A stretch of DNA of 64,000 bases from Gaiellales bacterium (GTDB lineage Bacteria; Actinomycetota; Thermoleophilia; Gaiellales; JAICJC01), in the NCBI GenBank assembly GCA_038212095.1, contig JBBQUW010000012.1, forward strand, positions 3,526-67,525. The letters are read 5' to 3'. The notes beneath the pieces were generated by a model, which made no database searches, was not told the DNA's origin, and saw nothing but the letters and a program-made list of their open reading frames with translations. Below are positions 9,898-18,954 of this stretch, in pieces. Position 1 is the first letter of the stretch. Each line of letters starts with the position of its first letter. Both the position numbers and the translations under genes were made by a program.

Positions 9898-10488
9898 TCA
9901 GGCGGTGTCGCGCAGCTGTCGCCAGGAGGGCTCGAGCTGTTGGAGGTCGTGTTCGAGCCGGCGGCGGGTCATGGGTCCGAGGCGTGACATGAGCCGGTAG
10001 GCAGCGGCGAGCGGCGAGTCGATCCGCCGGATCGCGTAGACGCCGGTCAGGCCGTACGGGAAGTCCACGACCAGGTGATCGGGGACGCCTGACTGCTGCG
10101 AGACGCCGTGCAGCATTCGTGCAGGCAGGCCGAGCTCTTCGAGCAGGTACATGGTGGTGACGTCGAGCAGGAGCCCGTGTCCAAGGATCACGAGCGCTGG
10201 CTCGTTCGGTCCGACGAGCAGGGCCTCGCCCTCAACGACCTCGCTCAGTCGCTGGCCCTCGCTGACGGTTGCAGCGAGCGGAGTGGATCGAAGCATCGTG
10301 CGCGCCTTGCGCGTGAGCACGACTCCCTGCACGTAGCCGACCGAGATGTCCGGTAGCGGGCCAGACATCGACAGCAGACGAAGCGCCGCAATCAGCGCGA
10401 GATCCGGCCGGTCTGGATACTGCACCGTGACGAGCGCGCCGAGATCGGAGAGCGACACGGGGCCGGTTGAGATGGTGGAGCGGGTCAT
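9898..10488 (-). CDS. hypothetical protein
   Basis: Start overlaps the upstream stop, in operon with the integrase. Confidence 0.55.
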   Translation of the reverse strand: MTRSTISTGPVSLSDLGALVTVQYPDRPDLALIAALRLLSMSGPLPDISVGYVQGVVLTRKARTMLRSTPLAATVSEGQRLSEVVEGEALLVGPNEPALVILGHGLLLDVTTMYLLEELGLPARMLHGVSQQSGVPDHLVVDFPYGLTGVYAIRRIDSPLAAAYRLMSRLGPMTRRRLEHDLQQLEPSWRQLRDTA

Positions 10489-11072
10489 GCCGGACTCTCC
10501 TTCCGGCTACGCTGGGAGTCGAGCTGCCAGCGGATGCGCGGTGCGCAGCTGGTGGCGAGCTGTCGCGCCATCTGCTCGTAGGTGCGATTGAGCGGCGGCA
10601 GTACGTCGTCGACCCGCTGGTAGGCAATCGCGGCGCCGGTGGAGATACCGTCGACGACGAAGCGTTCATCCACCTCCGGCGGCATGACCCGAACGAACGG
10701 CTGCATGAGAACTCCGGGGTCGTCGTGGTCGTTCCAGGACGCAAGCTCGACGAGTACGTGACCGCCGACGATCAGCACGGCATGCAGCTGGTCGAAGCCA
10801 AGCAGCAGCATCGCCGGACCGACGCGCTCGCGGTAGTGGACCATCTCGAGGTCGGTCTGCGGAAGCATCGGCTCGCCGAGACGGAAGAGCGCCGACCGTC
10901 CGTACGCAATGCCGCGAACGACCTGCACAGTCGGCAGCGACTGGGTGATGTGTGCGATCAGCAACTGGGCCGCCCGGAGACGAACGTGCCAGCTGGCCGC
11001 GAAGCCAAGGTCTGAGATCGCGGCATTGACCGCGACGCAGACGTCTTCGATAGATGACGTGCGTTGGTTCAT
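10485..11072 (-). CDS. hypothetical protein
   Basis: ATGA overlap with the integrase stop. Confidence 0.6.
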   Translation of the reverse strand: MNQRTSSIEDVCVAVNAAISDLGFAASWHVRLRAAQLLIAHITQSLPTVQVVRGIAYGRSALFRLGEPMLPQTDLEMVHYRERVGPAMLLLGFDQLHAVLIVGGHVLVELASWNDHDDPGVLMQPFVRVMPPEVDERFVVDGISTGAAIAYQRVDDVLPPLNRTYEQMARQLATSCAPRIRWQLDSQRSRKESPA

Positions 11073-12058
11073 GGGTTGAACCCCCGAATGGTCGAGCGGC
11101 GTCGGTCCGACGAGGAGAAGGCATAGTGGCGACGGGTGGTGTCGGTTGAGTCGTGGCCGAGGACATCCGCGACCGCGTCGATCGGGTGGCCTTCGTTCAG
11201 GAGGTAGGTGGCGAATGTTCGGCGCAGCGCATGCGGCGAGACCAAGCTGCGGTGCTCGCGATGCGCGGAATCCTGGACATGCAGCCCGGCCGCGCAGGCG
11301 CGACGCTTGAGCTGCTTGTAGATCGCCGTATCCGACAGCTGCCGGCCGGTACGCGTCAGCAAGACGAAGTCGGTGTTGGGGTCGTGGCGCGCGTCTCGGA
11401 GCGCGGGCGTGCGCTCAGCTTCGCTGAGTTGGTGAATCCACCAGTGTCGAAGCTCCACGATCAGCTTGGGGTGGATGTCGACGAATCGAACCTTGCTGCC
11501 CTTGCCATGGATGCGGAGCACCGCGTTGTCGAAGTCGACGTCCGACCACCGCAGGCTTCGCAGCTCACCGGAGCGCGCAGCGGTATAGGCAAGGAGGTAG
11601 GTCTGAATGCGCTCGCGCGCAGACCCCGGGGCATTGAGCAGCTGGTTGAGCTCTTCGGGCGTCAGGTAGATCCCAGGAGTCTGTGTGACGCGCGGCGCGC
11701 GGATCATCGCGGTCGGGTCGCTCGTCACGAGCTCGACGATGAACAGGTAGCGGTACAACGCCCGCAGGGACGCGAGCGCGATCTTGCGAGTGGCGGGTGA
11801 GAGCTCGTCGCCGCGCGTGCGCTGGTACTGCAGCGCCCGGTCGGGAGAGCGCAGGTACGACATGAATCGGTGTACATCGCCGGCCGTCGCTGTTCGTAGC
11901 GACGTGCCATGCGCCGCGAGCCACCCGGCGAAGTTGCGCTGGTGTGCGCGGTAGCTGTGCAAAGTGGCAGGCGACAGTTCGGCTTGGCCGACGTATTCGT
12001 CGATGAGGTCGTCGTCTGTGTATGGCCGCGGTGGCGGAATGAACGCTGTGCGCTGCAT
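11069..12058 (-). CDS. tyrosine recombinase (XerC/D-like), copy A
   Basis: Catalytic set: AARSGEL (R), HGKG (K), HALRR (HxxR), LGH, RHY. Confidence 0.93.
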   Translation of the reverse strand: MQRTAFIPPPRPYTDDDLIDEYVGQAELSPATLHSYRAHQRNFAGWLAAHGTSLRTATAGDVHRFMSYLRSPDRALQYQRTRGDELSPATRKIALASLRALYRYLFIVELVTSDPTAMIRAPRVTQTPGIYLTPEELNQLLNAPGSARERIQTYLLAYTAARSGELRSLRWSDVDFDNAVLRIHGKGSKVRFVDIHPKLIVELRHWWIHQLSEAERTPALRDARHDPNTDFVLLTRTGRQLSDTAIYKQLKRRACAAGLHVQDSAHREHRSLVSPHALRRTFATYLLNEGHPIDAVADVLGHDSTDTTRRHYAFSSSDRRRSTIRGFNP

Positions 12059-12088
12059 CGTGCTGCTCCAATAGAAGCGGTTGACGAT

Positions 12089-12198
12089 GGCTGCGCGCGG
12101 CGACAGAAGCGTTCAAAAAGCGATCAAGGCGAGACAAGCTCACAGACCGCAGCCTACTTCTTCCATCGGCACGTCCAGCAGTTCCTTGAGCCAACTTT
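12089..12198 (-). promoter_or_regulatory. sigma28-like promoter plus conserved structured leader, copy 3
   Basis: AAAGTTGGC-TCAAG-N14-GCCGATGG, then GGCTGCGGTCTGTGAGC...CTGTCGCCGCGCGCAGCC. Confidence 0.7.
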
Positions 12199-12251
12199 GT
12201 TGGGGTGTCAGTTGGTGCGCACTGACAGTGTCAGTCGGACAAGTTGGGGTG

Positions 12252-12454
12252 TCACACGTTGAACCCCTCGATCGTCGATCGACGGCGCTCGCTCGATGAG
12301 AACGCGTAGTGCTTGCGCGTTGTGTCGACCGACTCGTGTCCGAGCACGTCGGCGACCGCGTCGAGGTGGTGTCCCTCGTTGAGCAGCAGCGTCGCGAACG
12401 TCCGTCGGAGCGCGTGCGGTGAGACCTCGCTTCGGCGACCCGCGGTGCTGGCTG
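12252..12454 (-). pseudogene. 3' fragment of tyrosine recombinase, direct repeat of 14266-14468
   Basis: Encodes SEVSPHALRRTFATLLLNEGHHLDAVADVLGHESVDTTRKHY...IEGFNV*, nearly identical to the copy B C-terminus. Confidence 0.85.
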
Positions 12455-12733
12455 TTCGGCTCCGTCAGAGCCGCTTCATGTCGCCCGAGGAGCAATCGGT
12501 GTCCCATGGGATCGACTCGCCGAAGGTGCGAACGTCAGGTCGACCCGGAACGCGAAGCTGCCGACCAGCACCTGCTCGCCGAGCAGCACCCAGGCCGAGG
12601 TGCACCAAGGACGTATACCGCGCAAGGCGCCACGGTTCACCCTGTCATTTGCGCCAGTCTATCGGAAAACTCCCTGCATGGGCGAGGTTTGTCAAAGAGG
12701 CTATATTGGCTTGGTTAGTAACGAGGAGGAGCT

Positions 12734-14194
12734 ATGAAGCAGTGCGCAGTCGCGATCGTGGGAGCAGGGCCGGTGGGCACGATGCTCGCAGCGGAACTGA
12801 TGCTGGGGGGTGTAGCTGCGATCGTCTTTGAGCGTCGGGCGCACGCGGGGATTGAGAGTGTTCGCGCGCTGGGGCTGCACTCGCGCAGCCTCGAGGTGTT
12901 CGAGCAGCGCGGCATCGCGGATCGATTCCTTGCCGCAGGCGATGCCGTGCAGGTTGGGAGCTTGGCTGGGGTGTCGCTTGACCTCACCGACTTTCCTACC
13001 CGACACCCGTACGGTCTCTCGCTGCGGCAGCGCCACACGGAACGCATCCTGAGAGAATGGGCAACGGAGCTCGGCGTGCAGGTGCGCTATGACTGTGAAG
13101 TCACCGGGCTCGTCCAGCGCGGTGATGGCGTCACGGTCGAACTTTCGGACGGCAGCTCCGTGTGGGCGGAGTACGTCGTCGGATGCGACGGTGGCCGGAG
13201 CAGCGTGCGCCGATTCGCAGGCATCGACTTCCCCGGGGTCGAGGCTACTGCGAGCTCGATCATCGCGGAGGTCGAGATGACCGGAAACCCCGAATTCGGT
13301 GTGCGCCCATCCGTACTCGGCGTCAATGCGATGGGCCCGGCGGACGACGGTCTCGTTCGCGTGGTGATCGCGCGTGACTACGCGGACGCCCCTGACAGGG
13401 AGCTCACGCTCGAGGAGTTGCGGTTGGCAATCACTTCGGTCTGGGGCTCTGACTTCGGGCTCGAGTCGGCCAGCTACATCTCGAGCTTCACGGACGCGGC
13501 CCGCCAGGTTGCTGCGTACCGCGATCGTCGTGTGCTGCTGGCCGGCGATGCCGCGCACGTGCACTCACCTGTCGGCGGTCAGGGCATCGGCCTTGGCGTG
13601 CAGGACGCCGTGAACCTCGGTTGGAAGCTCGCACAGGTGGTCCAGGGCGTTGCTCCAGCGAGCCTGCTCGATACCTACCATGCCGAGCGCCACCCCGTGA
13701 TCGCTCGAATTCTCCGCTCCGTCGTGGTTCAAGCGACCCTGCAGCGCGGCGACCAACGCACCACGGCGCTCAATGAAATCATCGCCGATCTCCTCGAGGT
13801 TCCTGCAGCCCGCGACCGGATCACGGGCCTCGTGTCGGGGCTCGACATCCACTATGACCTAGGAGGCGATCACCCGCTCGTGGGTCGGCGTATGCCAGAC
13901 GTTGACCTTGAGACCACCGACGGCGCGAGGCGGGTGTCAACGCTTCTGCACGCCGCGAAACCGGCGCTCGTCGATTTCGACACGCCGGGCCTGCAGGAGA
14001 TTGCTACCGGATGGGCGGACCGGGTGCCGGTGGTGCCTGCCGCATACAACGGGGCGTGGCATTTGCCCGTGCTCGGCCCGATTGCACCGCCTTCCGCGGT
14101 GCTCATTCGGCCTGACGGTTATGTCGCCTGGGCGAGCGAGGGGTCCAGTTGTGGTCTCGCCGATTCATTAGAGGCCTGGTTCGGGGCATCATAG
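12734..14194 (+). CDS. FAD-dependent aromatic monooxygenase (class A, Rox/PheA-like family)
   Basis: GAGPVG, CDGGRS, LAGDAAHVHSPVGGQG, IRPDGYVAW; RBS GAGGAGG. Confidence 0.9.
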   Translation: MKQCAVAIVGAGPVGTMLAAELMLGGVAAIVFERRAHAGIESVRALGLHSRSLEVFEQRGIADRFLAAGDAVQVGSLAGVSLDLTDFPTRHPYGLSLRQRHTERILREWATELGVQVRYDCEVTGLVQRGDGVTVELSDGSSVWAEYVVGCDGGRSSVRRFAGIDFPGVEATASSIIAEVEMTGNPEFGVRPSVLGVNAMGPADDGLVRVVIARDYADAPDRELTLEELRLAITSVWGSDFGLESASYISSFTDAARQVAAYRDRRVLLAGDAAHVHSPVGGQGIGLGVQDAVNLGWKLAQVVQGVAPASLLDTYHAERHPVIARILRSVVVQATLQRGDQRTTALNEIIADLLEVPAARDRITGLVSGLDIHYDLGGDHPLVGRRMPDVDLETTDGARRVSTLLHAAKPALVDFDTPGLQEIATGWADRVPVVPAAYNGAWHLPVLGPIAPPSAVLIRPDGYVAWASEGSSCGLADSLEAWFGAS

Positions 14195-14265
14195 CCCGGT
14201 CGTGCAGCTCGCGACCGCCCGCACCAACTATCCTCGCGAGGTCAATGTGCTTCCCAGTTGGTGCG

Positions 14266-15288
14266 TTATACGTTGAACCCCTCGATCGTCGATCGACGGC
14301 GTTCACTCGATGAGAACGCGTAGTGCTTGCGCGTCGTATCGACTGACTCGTGACCGAGCACGTCGGCGACCGCGTCGAGGTGGTGTCCCTCGTTGAGCAG
14401 CAACGTCGCGAACGTCCGTCGGAGCGCGTGCGGTGAGACTTCGCTTCGCCACTCCCGGTGCTGGCTGTCGAGCGCGAACAGGCCCGCCTTCGCGGCGCGC
14501 CGCTTGAGCTGCTTGTAGATAGCATTCGGGCAGAGCTGTGCGCCGCTGCGCGTGAGCAGCACGAACGCGGTCTCCGGCCGCGACAGCGCCTCGCGCAGCT
14601 GCGGATTGCGTTCGGCCTCGCGGGTCTGCCAGAGCCGGTAGCGGCGAAGCTCGGGCGCGAGGCGCGGGTGGATGTCGATGATCCGGTACTTGTCGTTCTT
14701 GCCGTGCAGCGTCAGTACTCGCTCGTCGAGGTTGACGTCCTGCCAGCGCAGGCAGCGCAGCTCGTTCGTGCGCGCCGCCGTGAACGCGAGCAGGTAGATC
14801 TGCGCGGTGTCGCGGGCAGTGCCCTTGGCATCGAGCAGCATGCGCACCTGCTCGGCGGTCAGCGTCAGCCCGGGCCTCGTTCGCACCTTCGGCCGGTCGA
14901 TCCCGTAGGTCGGGTCGGCGTCGACGAGTTCGACGGTTGCGAGGTAGCGGTAGAACTTGCGCAGCGACGCGAGGAACGTCTTGCGGGTTGATGGGCTCGG
15001 CAGCTTCGCGTGCCGGGGCGACTTGGCAGCTGCGTAGCGATCGCCGCTCTGTAGGTACGCCATGAAGCGTGCAACGTCGGGGCGCCGTGCGTCGAGCAGC
15101 CCGGCGGAGGCGGAGCTTCGCCGCGTGCGAGCGTGCACGAGCCAGGCAGCGAACTCGCGCAGGTGCGCTCGATAGACATCCTTCGTGCGGGCCGCGACCT
15201 CGGCCTGGGCGATGAACTCGGCGATCAGGTTCTGGTCTGGCGCGGCGCAGGCGGCGCCGTCGGCGACGGCTCGTAGATGGCGTGACAT
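14266..15288 (-). CDS. tyrosine recombinase/integrase, copy B, adjacent to att site
   Basis: AARTNEL, HGKNDK, HALRR, LGH, KHY; RBS AAGGAG. Confidence 0.93.
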   Translation of the reverse strand: MSRHLRAVADGAACAAPDQNLIAEFIAQAEVAARTKDVYRAHLREFAAWLVHARTRRSSASAGLLDARRPDVARFMAYLQSGDRYAAAKSPRHAKLPSPSTRKTFLASLRKFYRYLATVELVDADPTYGIDRPKVRTRPGLTLTAEQVRMLLDAKGTARDTAQIYLLAFTAARTNELRCLRWQDVNLDERVLTLHGKNDKYRIIDIHPRLAPELRRYRLWQTREAERNPQLREALSRPETAFVLLTRSGAQLCPNAIYKQLKRRAAKAGLFALDSQHREWRSEVSPHALRRTFATLLLNEGHHLDAVADVLGHESVDTTRKHYAFSSSERRRSTIEGFNV

Positions 15289-15385
15289 GGATTGCTCCTT
15301 CAGTCACGCGCTACAGGGTTCGATTCCCGTATCGGAGGGACCAAACGCCCATTTACGGGAAGGCAACCACGCTAATCATCCTGAA

Positions 15386-15416
15386 GACGCGGGTTCGATT
15401 CCCGCCGCCTCCATCA
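15386..15416 (+). repeat. duplicated 3' end of tmRNA (ssrA), putative att site
   Basis: GACGCGGGTTCGATTCCCGCCGCCTCCATCA is a T-arm plus acceptor strand typical of tmRNA 3' ends. No 5' half upstream; about 100 bp from the integrase start. Confidence 0.7.
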
Positions 15417-15940
15417 ATTTCCGCCATTTCAGCCCGATGTATCAGGGCCGGTCGGCTTGCCGGGCCACCGAATCGGCGAGACAATGGGCGTGGCATGAGA
15501 TCCCGACCGCGGCGGATGGCGGTAGTCCTGGCCGCTTCGGAATCGGCGGCGATCTGGCGGGTCCGAATGCACCGGAGGGCGTCGCGTGCCGGGGGTGTCG
15601 CGTCGTTCACTCGTCGCCATGGCCGTCCGTGCGTGGCGTCATGATGATCCGCATCGATTGGACTACAAGAGCGACTACTTGGAGCTTCCTAGCACTGGGT
15701 TGTCAAGAGCAGGGCGTGGCGCGCCGCTGGCACGAGTTATGGGCAAGCGGCGCGGCTTTGGGCCGCAGTGGTGTCCTGGCTGCTACTCGTTGGTTTGCCA
15801 GCGCTTCTTGTGCCTGGCGCGTCCGTGCTGGTAAGCATGCTGGTCGGTGCCGCCCTCCTACAAGAGTTAGCGCGTCACGAAGGTACCGCGACGCGGTGGT
15901 TCGTCAAACGCGTGCCGCCAGCGAGCGGTGGAAGACCATT

Positions 15941-16378
15941 GTGAAGCGCCGAAGCTCGAAATGCGCGGCCCGCCTGATCATCTCATCGCTTGCCCTACTG
16001 GGCTCCGGTTGCGGCGAGTCCACGTCGGCGAGTAGCTCCCCGACGTCCTCCCCTCCGGCGCTCAAGGCGGCGTTCGAGGCAGTGTTTCCTTGCGCGCGAG
16101 TCCGATCGTTCACAGCGGTCTCGACCACGCCCTCCTACGGACTCGTGTACGCCGACTTCACAGGATGTTCTACCAGTGGGGCTCCGATCCCGGGTAGCCC
16201 CCTGGTTCATACGTTCTTCCGAGACGGGCCGTCCGGTTGGAAGGAAGTTGATCTCCCTGCTCCGGACAACGAAATGAAGTGCCCGCCGAGTACCGTCCCG
16301 TTGTCGGTGGGCGACAAACTGCTCGGCCCGCTTCCGTCCTACTGCGGCACGGCGTTGTCGCTCGGGCAGCAGCCTTGA
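15941..16378 (+). CDS. putative lipoprotein
   Basis: GTG start, basic N-terminus, lipobox LGSGC, several cysteines. Confidence 0.5.
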   Translation: MKRRSSKCAARLIISSLALLGSGCGESTSASSSPTSSPPALKAAFEAVFPCARVRSFTAVSTTPSYGLVYADFTGCSTSGAPIPGSPLVHTFFRDGPSGWKEVDLPAPDNEMKCPPSTVPLSVGDKLLGPLPSYCGTALSLGQQP

Positions 16379-16541
16379 GCGACAAGGAGTCTCTGGTCCC
16401 CGGTAGGTCGCAATCAGGGAGCAAGCTGGGATGAGGGCAGCCTGGTTGAGCCGGCGTTCGCAGTTCTCGTTGCCTTCGCCTCCATCATTTTTCGTTCGAT
16501 ACGACGCCTGGGGTGGCCGGCGACCCTCCCTCAACGCACGA

Positions 16542-16868
16542 TCATGACCGGAGCCGTATCCGGCTGAGCGTTGCGCGGAGGGCGAATCGCCGGCTGATCT
16601 GGACGCGTGGCAGGCGCAGAAGGCGACCGAACAGGCCCGCCTTGGCCTCGTGGCCGGCGACCAGAAGCAGTCGCTCCCCACTGCGCACGTGGAGCGTGCA
16701 ACCGGCTTGAGCGAGATAGCCGGCCAGGGTGGAGAGCGTCCGCCGCTCGACGAGGCCGATCAGCGAAGAAGGCTGATCGACCTCCAGCACAAGTCGCTGT
16801 CCGTCGGCGAGCAGGCGGCCGTGGACGCCGTCGAGCCGAACCTTGACGTCGGCGCGTACGTCCAGCAT
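16542..16868 (-). CDS. hypothetical protein
   Basis: Coding-like ORF in tandem with 16875-17084. Confidence 0.55.
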   Translation of the reverse strand: MLDVRADVKVRLDGVHGRLLADGQRLVLEVDQPSSLIGLVERRTLSTLAGYLAQAGCTLHVRSGERLLLVAGHEAKAGLFGRLLRLPRVQISRRFALRATLSRIRLRS

Positions 16869-16874
16869 CTCCGG

Positions 16875-17084
16875 CTACCGGGTCTTCTCTGTCGTGCTGA
16901 TCCGAATCGTCCCGTCCAACTGCCACTTCGAATGCGGCGAAGTGTCGCTGGCGTCGCGTGGAACGAGGATGTCCAGCTTGTCCAGCTCGTACGCGATCGT
17001 CGCGCCCCGTCCCGTGAGGAATCCGTAGAGGCCCTCCGCCAGCTGCGGCCAGGTCGTCGGCTCGGTTTGCATTTCGGTGTTCAT
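16875..17084 (-). CDS. small hypothetical protein
   Basis: RBS GAAGGGAG; TWPQLAEGLYGFLTGRGATIAYELD...W.LDGTIRI. Confidence 0.65.
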   Translation of the reverse strand: MNTEMQTEPTTWPQLAEGLYGFLTGRGATIAYELDKLDILVPRDASDTSPHSKWQLDGTIRISTTEKTR

Positions 17085-17263
17085 GGTGCTCCCTTCGTAA
17101 GGTGGACGAACAATGTACAAACACTATACCACATCTCACCTTCGAGCTGTTCGGCACGCGGTGAATCGAGGACATTTGGCTATGACACCCGGTGAAGCCC
17201 GGCCCGGTGAGGAGAACGGGGGCGATCTTGTAGATTCCAGGCACCCCCGACTAGGAGGATCCG

Positions 17264-17764
17264 ATGGCAACGACGCCGACCACGCGCACATTCGCGACTC
17301 GTATCAACATCTTGGAGGGCTCTCGCGAGGAGCTGATCCGGCTGCTGAACGCTCGGCTGGCCGACACGTTCGACCTCTACTCGCAGCTGAAGCAGGCGCA
17401 CTGGAACGTGAAGGGCAGCGATTTCATCCAGCTCCACCAGCTCTACGACGACCTCGCGGGAGATGTGCTCGAGCACGTCGACATGATCGCCGAGCGGGCG
17501 ACGGCGCTGGGCGGACTCGCGCTTGGCACCGCACGGATGGCAGCTGCGGCCTCGAGCCTGGACGAGTATCCGGCTGATGCGGTGGCGGGCCTCGAGACGG
17601 TCGCCGTCATCGCTGACCGGCTGAGCTCCTACGGCGCCCTGGTTCGTGACGGCATCGACGCGGCGGCCACGCTCAACGATCAGGACACCGCCGACCTCTT
17701 CACCGAGGTCTCGCGCTCGATCGACAAACACCTCTGGTTCGTCGAGGCACATCTGCAGAGCTAG
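17264..17764 (+). CDS. dps: DNA starvation/stationary phase protection protein Dps
   Basis: KQAHWNVKG..F..LH and DMIAER ferroxidase motifs; RBS AGGAGG. Confidence 0.95.
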   Translation: MATTPTTRTFATRINILEGSREELIRLLNARLADTFDLYSQLKQAHWNVKGSDFIQLHQLYDDLAGDVLEHVDMIAERATALGGLALGTARMAAAASSLDEYPADAVAGLETVAVIADRLSSYGALVRDGIDAAATLNDQDTADLFTEVSRSIDKHLWFVEAHLQS

Positions 17765-17981
17765 CCCATTGCGTTGCCGGTTTGGGAGGGGGCTGGGAGC
17801 TACGCGAAGGGGCTCTCGATCGGTCGTGCGGCGTACGAAACGGTGTCCTCAGAGTATTAAGCCGCATCCACGACCACCCGAAACGTGGCGTCATGTGCCC
17901 CTATCGCGTGTCCACCTCGACCGTCTGGCCGTCGATGCCAGCCGTGAGGGCATCTGGCGGCTCGAGGTGGAAGGAATCGTT

Positions 17982-18392
17982 GTGGAACGGCACCGGGGAT
18001 ACCGGCGACGGGCTCGACATAGGTGGTTTGGACGCGGTCTCAGCGCGGCGATCGTGGCTCTCGCCGTAGCCGGCTCGGGTGTCGCGATGGGCGCTGCGAA
18101 CCAATCGAGCCGGGGCTCGGTCATGACCGTCGCGGGCGTTGGCGGCGGTCAGCAGGTGGGCTTCACCGTGCGCAGGACGATGCTGGTGGTCGTTGATGCG
18201 AGCTGTCGTCCGCTGGAACTGTGGGCGAACTTCACCGGCAGGGCCAGCACTGACGACGTTCGCGCCGCGACCGGGCGTCGGAGCGCTGCCTCAGGGTCGA
18301 CCGTCAGCCTCGCCTGCACGAGATCGGCGATGGCGACGCTGCGGGTCGACCGGTTGAGATGGACGACCCCCGGGGAGATCTGGGCCCAGTAG
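17982..18392 (+). CDS. possible exported hypothetical protein
   Basis: Basic N-terminus plus hydrophobic helix; start uncertain. Confidence 0.35.
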   Translation: MERHRGYRRRARHRWFGRGLSAAIVALAVAGSGVAMGAANQSSRGSVMTVAGVGGGQQVGFTVRRTMLVVVDASCRPLELWANFTGRASTDDVRAATGRRSAASGSTVSLACTRSAMATLRVDRLRWTTPGEIWAQ

Positions 18393-18481
18393 CCGCGCGC
18401 CCGCACCAGCGTGGTCGTCTCGGGCGAAAGAGCATTAGCGGTAGGGGTCTACGAGAAGTGGGCGTCCGAACCGAACGCAGC

Positions 18482-18814
18482 TCAGCGGCCCTCGTAGCGT
18501 GCCTGCTCTTCGCCGGTGCGCTCAGCCGTCGGCACGATCTCGAGCCGCTCGTCGGGAATCGGCGCGTCGCTCTCGATCGAGAGCCCGTATGTGCCCGCCT
18601 TCAGCCGTTCCTCCGCTCGTTGCAGCGCCTCCAGCTGTGAGCGCAGCTCCTCGAGCCGGGTCTGGTCGAGCTCCTCCTGGTACAGGTCGCTGGCGGAATC
18701 AGCGAGGTCAGTGGTCGAGAGATCGTCGTTGGCCTCGAAGCCGAGCGATGCTGCCTCCTCGGTGATTCGTGCCCGCTCGGCGGCGAGCAGCTGTTGTGCG
18801 CGGTCGTTATCCAT
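18482..18814 (-). CDS. DksA/TraR-family protein lacking the Cys4 zinc finger
   Basis: DLADSASD coiled-coil tip; GTYGLSIESDAPIPDERLEIVPTA. Confidence 0.8.
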   Translation of the reverse strand: MDNDRAQQLLAAERARITEEAASLGFEANDDLSTTDLADSASDLYQEELDQTRLEELRSQLEALQRAEERLKAGTYGLSIESDAPIPDERLEIVPTAERTGEEQARYEGR

Positions 18815-18954
18815 CGGGGGTGCCCCTTCTCATCGCAGAAATGTCGGTCTGCGCACCCTACCCGTGATCGCCGGCCCGCCCGCTCCTGAGGGTCGCCCGA
18901 GGGCGCTGCTGGGGCGCGCTTCCCTCGCGCGCCGCTGAACGGCGCGGCTGATCG

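Larger units (their letters stand above)
1..15416. mobile_element. right part of an integrative conjugative element/genomic island
   Basis: T4SS-like genes, SSB, regulator, integrases and a terminal att-like tRNA-type fragment. Confidence 0.75.

Noticed and set aside
12734-14194. Calling the monooxygenase rox (rifampin resistance)
   Set aside because: Family motifs are shared by many aromatic hydroxylases, and I could not see a clear rifamycin-associated element upstream.
15340-15416. Complete tRNA or tmRNA gene
   Set aside because: Only the T-arm and 3' acceptor strand are present; there is no matching 5' strand or D/anticodon arm upstream.
15185-15940. N-terminal part of the 397-aa ORF 15185-16378
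   Set aside because: It overlaps the integrase start and att site and looks non-coding; only the lipoprotein-like part from 15941 was kept.
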